Positions 60,306 to 64,000 of a DNA stretch of 64,000 bases are shown here, piece by piece. This stretch comes from Nostoc sp. DedSLP01 (GTDB lineage: Bacteria; Cyanobacteriota; Cyanobacteriia; Cyanobacteriales; Nostocaceae), in assembly GCA_034530875.2 (NCBI GenBank), contig JAVRCJ020000027.1:1-64000 (forward strand), written 5' to 3'. Each line of letters opens with the position of its first letter. The first letter of the stretch is position 1. The position numbers were made by a program, and so were the translations under genes. The notes under the pieces are model-generated. The model ran no database searches and had not been told where the DNA came from. It saw only the letters and a program-made list of their open reading frames with translations.

Positions 60306-61052
60306 ATGACTCCATTACCCACCGACTTAAACCCCCAACACCTCCCCCACCACATCGCCGTCATCATGGATGGTAACGGCCGATGGGCAACCAAGCGAGG
60401 CTTACCCCGCATCGCCGGACATCGCCAAGGAGCAAAAACCCTCAAAGAATTATTACGTTGCTGCAAACACTGGGGAATCAGAGCATTAACAGCCTACGCC
60501 TTCTCAACAGAAAATTGGCAGCGTCCCATTGAAGAAGTAAATTTTCTGATGCTTTTGTTTGAGCGATTGCTGCGCCGCGAGTTAGCACAGATGCATCAAG
60601 AAGGAGTGCGAATCTCATTTATTGGAGATTTATCAATTTTACCCAAATCTCTGCAAATAGAAATGCAACGTTCAATGGCAGAGACATTAAATAATCAAGC
60701 AATACACTTTATAGTTGCAGTGAACTACGGTAGTCGCAACGAAATTACAAGAGTCTGTCGCCAAGTAGCACAACTAGTAGAACGAGGCGAACTCAGCACC
60801 GAACAAGTGAATGAAAGCCTGATTCAAAAACACCTCTACACAGCAGATACTCCCGAACCAGATTTACTGATTCGTACTAGCGGTGAGATGCGATTGAGTA
60901 ATTTTCTACTTTGGCAAATGGCGTATACAGAAATGTACTTTACTGATATTCTTTGGCCAGATTTTGACACAGAAGCATTTCATCAGGCTTTGTTGAGTTA
61001 CCAAAAACGCGATCGCCGTTTTGGTCAAGTTAAAACTTCACTCTCAGCCTAG
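60306..61052 (+). CDS. uppS: cis-isoprenyl diphosphate synthase (UppS family)
   Basis: [34 protein letters not shown]. Confidence 0.93.
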   Translation: MTPLPTDLNPQHLPHHIAVIMDGNGRWATKRGLPRIAGHRQGAKTLKELLRCCKHWGIRALTAYAFSTENWQRPIEEVNFLMLLFERLLRRELAQMHQEGVRISFIGDLSILPKSLQIEMQRSMAETLNNQAIHFIVAVNYGSRNEITRVCRQVAQLVERGELSTEQVNESLIQKHLYTADTPEPDLLIRTSGEMRLSNFLLWQMAYTEMYFTDILWPDFDTEAFHQALLSYQKRDRRFGQVKTSLSA

Positions 61053-61077
61053 CCTACAAAAATCTTACTAAAACCTC

Positions 61078-62196
61078 TCACCTAATCGACACCAAACCCG
61101 CTTCATTTATTAATTGCTGACCTTGCTCGCTCAACATTAAGTTAGCATAAGCTACTCCGGCTTGTTCGTCCAAGGTACCGTCTCGTTTGATGACGACAAA
61201 CAGCCGTCTAACTAGGGGGTAAGCGTCCTTGGCAAAACCAATTTTATTTACTTGCTTGCCTATACAAGGAGATACAAAATTTTCATTAGACTCCCTAGCA
61301 ATAGCAACAGGCTGAATCGATTGGTTACAAACTTCTGAGGCTGTAGCAAAACTAATTCCACCAGGAGTTTTGGCAACTTTTTGTATAGCAGTTGTAGTGT
61401 CTTGCACGTAAGGTTTTACAGATTCGGCAAATGATTCATTAGCCAAAACTGTTTCTTCAACGTATTCAGGAGTACCCCCACCTTCTGGGTCGCGGCTTAA
61501 AGGAGTAATTTCCAGATTGGGGCCGCCTACTTGGTTCCAATTTGTGATTTTACCAGTGTATATATCCTTAAGTTGAGACACTGTTAAACCAGGTAAAGAC
61601 AAATTAGGACTCACGTAAAAAGCTATTCCGTCAATGGCAACAGGTATCTGTTCTAGTTGAAAATTCTTTGTTTTCGCCTCTTGATATTCTTCTGTTTTTA
61701 CAGGTCGAGACGATTGTGAAAAACTCAATTGACCTTCTAAAAGCATCTTGATTCCAGTACCAGAACCAGGCTTAATTAATCCGGGTGGAGTAGCATAATT
61801 TAACTCAAATCTGGGATGAGCTTGTAGAATTTCCGCTATCATTCCCGGAGATCTTAGCGGTGCAAAACTTGTAGACCCACCGTACCTAAATCTTCCCTGG
61901 GGAATATTAGGTACGTCAGCAAAGGTACGATAAAGAGGAATGGAATTTTGAGGAGAAACTGTAGGTTTAGGAGAAACTGTAGGTTTAGGAGAAATTGTTA
62001 AGTTACTATTACTACGAGAATTAATTAGCACGCATGAATTATTCAATTTTTGTTGACCTGTTGGGCAAGTTTTAGGCCAAAGTGCCCAGATTAAATAAGC
62101 ATCGCCAATGGCAGCTATAGCTATAAAAATATTTATTATAATACGCTTTAATTTTGAGGTAGGTCTACGATTATTATCGAGATTGTTACGATTCAT
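61078..62196 (-). CDS. Membrane-anchored PstS-like substrate-binding protein
   Basis: One TM, SPKPTV linker repeats, GGSTS, GSGTGI, QSSR, VAIDGI, YP..R.LF. Confidence 0.85.
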   Translation of the reverse strand: MNRNNLDNNRRPTSKLKRIIINIFIAIAAIGDAYLIWALWPKTCPTGQQKLNNSCVLINSRSNSNLTISPKPTVSPKPTVSPQNSIPLYRTFADVPNIPQGRFRYGGSTSFAPLRSPGMIAEILQAHPRFELNYATPPGLIKPGSGTGIKMLLEGQLSFSQSSRPVKTEEYQEAKTKNFQLEQIPVAIDGIAFYVSPNLSLPGLTVSQLKDIYTGKITNWNQVGGPNLEITPLSRDPEGGGTPEYVEETVLANESFAESVKPYVQDTTTAIQKVAKTPGGISFATASEVCNQSIQPVAIARESNENFVSPCIGKQVNKIGFAKDAYPLVRRLFVVIKRDGTLDEQAGVAYANLMLSEQGQQLINEAGLVSIR

Positions 62197-62549
62197 AACC
62201 TCTCTTGGCACACTGCATTTACTACAAAATGACCTAAAATTTCTACAGGTAAAGCCTTTGCTTGTGTGAGAGTTAGCAGAGGATTTGCTAACCTTAGCAT
62301 CCTATCACATTCGCTAGTCCTAATATTCTAACTAAATTGCTTTTCTTATATCTCTTCTTTGCAATGCAAATATTTTACTAAATATATTCAAAAAACTATG
62401 TATCAAAAATTATAATTAGCCTCCATTAAATAGTATAATTATTTATTTAAACTACCTTTAGTAATCACAACAACAAACAATATAAAAATCGTCTAATTTT
62501 AACGATGGGGATTTCTGTTTTCCCGTTTAAAATTTAACAATCTGCTTTT

Positions 62550-63659
62550 TTACTTTTGTTCGGTATCAGTATTATCAAGTACAAGGTACTTGCTATTTTC
62601 TTGCCGTAACCGAGCATCTTCATCGTTGTAAAAGAAGGACAACAGAACAAACCGCTGCCCACTGATGACAGGGGTAGCCTCATGTAGTAACGAGCAAGAA
62701 AAAATCACTGCTTCTCCAACATTTGGAGTATAAAGCTGAAGTCCATACTCTGGAAACCGCAAATCACCGCCTTTATAAGCACCCGTATTCAAATTTAATG
62801 ACATAGCAAACCGTCGGTGAGCAGTGCCTTTGGTAGTATTATCGCGGTGACGATTAAAAAAGCCTTTATCGTTTGCTTCGTAACAAGATACTAGATAACG
62901 CTCAAAGCGAGTGATTGGAAATTGAAAAGCCTTCTCAATTTCTGGTTTCACTCGCCGCATAATAATATTATTTATATGCTTTAATAGTTCAGGTTCAGAA
63001 ACTAAATAGTCTCGACGTTTTTTAAATTCATAGTCATAAACTGCAACTGTTTTACCATCAATTTGTCGCATAAAACCAGAATCTTCACCGCCATCTGCTT
63101 CGTACAAATTAATTAAATGTTGGCAAAAACTTGGTTCTAGAACATTGGGTATAAATAAAACAGGTGCTTGTCTGGCTGCTGGAATATTTTCGGCGATCGG
63201 AGGTAAGTTTTGAATGAACTCAAACACTTCCTGACAAGGATTAGTAGTAGCTGAGATTGGCAAAACTTTGATGATTCGTAAATTTTCATCCAATACAAAA
63301 ATTGTTGGTCTGTATTCGAGTTCGTTACTCCCCTGATTTTTCAGCCTACAAGTACCGTATTGAAAGCTAACTTTACGTTCAAAATCCCAAAGAAATTTAA
63401 AATAGGTTTTATTCTGTATTAACTCCGCCAAAAAACTATCATCTGTGTCTATACTCACACCAAAAAATGGTACTTGATACTCAGCCAAATCTTCTTGTCG
63501 GTTGGAGAATTCATCGATAATCTGACGAATATATGTGTTTTTTGAACTTCCGAAAAAAAACAAAATACTACGGTATCCGCCAATGGAGTTAAAGTGAAAA
63601 TTGGGGTTTGAGTTTGAGGGAAGAATGAACCAGGGAATCGGATCGCCAACAGTAAGCAT
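62550..63659 (-). CDS. AhpC/TSA-like redoxin domain fused to 2OG-Fe(II) oxygenase
   Basis: GD..PWF, GVS.D, PT.FVLD.NLR; HRD..H..R facial triad pattern. Confidence 0.85.
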   Translation of the reverse strand: MLTVGDPIPWFILPSNSNPNFHFNSIGGYRSILFFFGSSKNTYIRQIIDEFSNRQEDLAEYQVPFFGVSIDTDDSFLAELIQNKTYFKFLWDFERKVSFQYGTCRLKNQGSNELEYRPTIFVLDENLRIIKVLPISATTNPCQEVFEFIQNLPPIAENIPAARQAPVLFIPNVLEPSFCQHLINLYEADGGEDSGFMRQIDGKTVAVYDYEFKKRRDYLVSEPELLKHINNIIMRRVKPEIEKAFQFPITRFERYLVSCYEANDKGFFNRHRDNTTKGTAHRRFAMSLNLNTGAYKGGDLRFPEYGLQLYTPNVGEAVIFSCSLLHEATPVISGQRFVLLSFFYNDEDARLRQENSKYLVLDNTDTEQK

Positions 63660-63805
63660 AAGATATCAATTTATATTTATATGATAATTTAGTTTGGACA
63701 GCGTACTGACCTTTTAAGGCTACAACGGTATATTAAAAATCTCCGGAAAATTCCAGCAACACATCCTTGGCTGAAGACGCGATGAATGGCGTCTCTACAA
63801 ATGCT

Positions 63806-64000
63806 CTATTTGTTGCATTCTTTTTTCAAATTGGTATTATCTAGCTTATTGTCCCATACAGATTTTAGATACGCTCTTTATCTTTTACATCTTTTAAATT
63901 AGTAAATGTTCCTGAGGTTAATAGCTTGGTATTACTCTGCCAAAGCTACGATCGCCATTAATCTCAATTACTAAATCAACCGCTGTTACATCTTTTACTA
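63806..64000 (-). CDS. 3' end of a gene running off the window
   Basis: Open frame VKDVTAVDLVIEINGDRSFGRV...KKECNK*; last codons come from a repeat element. Confidence 0.5.

Noticed and set aside
2287..63649. Numerous 60-130 aa ORFs antisense to or out of frame within identified genes
   Set aside because: Shadow ORFs with no motifs or translation signals.

Overview
AT-rich chromosomal window from a filamentous heterocyst-forming cyanobacterium (Nostocales-like: dense HIP1 GCGATCGC octamers, STRR heptamer repeats, panC-cmk fusion, devBCA-type exporter, Uma2). The left ~1.9 kb is the decayed end of an island next to tRNA-Arg(CCG), with Tn554-like tnpB/tnpC fragments and a truncated P63C gene. 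Core or near-core genes include trmFO, a trpF-like gene, glsA, rlpA, panC-cmk, sodB, purM, kdpABFC, cobGHI under a cobalamin riboswitch, a split oxoprolinase and an uppS-like gene. Best leads: (1) an HTH-STAND-TPR protein divergent from a ferritin-like diiron enzyme plus cis-prenyltransferase operon, whose promoter carries roughly helically phased CCGAC boxes; (2) small toxin/defence-like cassettes flanked by 50-80 bp direct duplications of host promoter or gene-start DNA at two loci, one carrying an uncharacterised Cys-His papain-like gene pair; (3) a kdp cluster without canonical KdpD/E but with a NarL-type pair, a Hanks kinase and an RCK_C protein; (4) two 21-bp minisatellites and several families of nested mini mobile repeats, some altering coding sequence. 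All family assignments are by eye from motifs; no searches were run.
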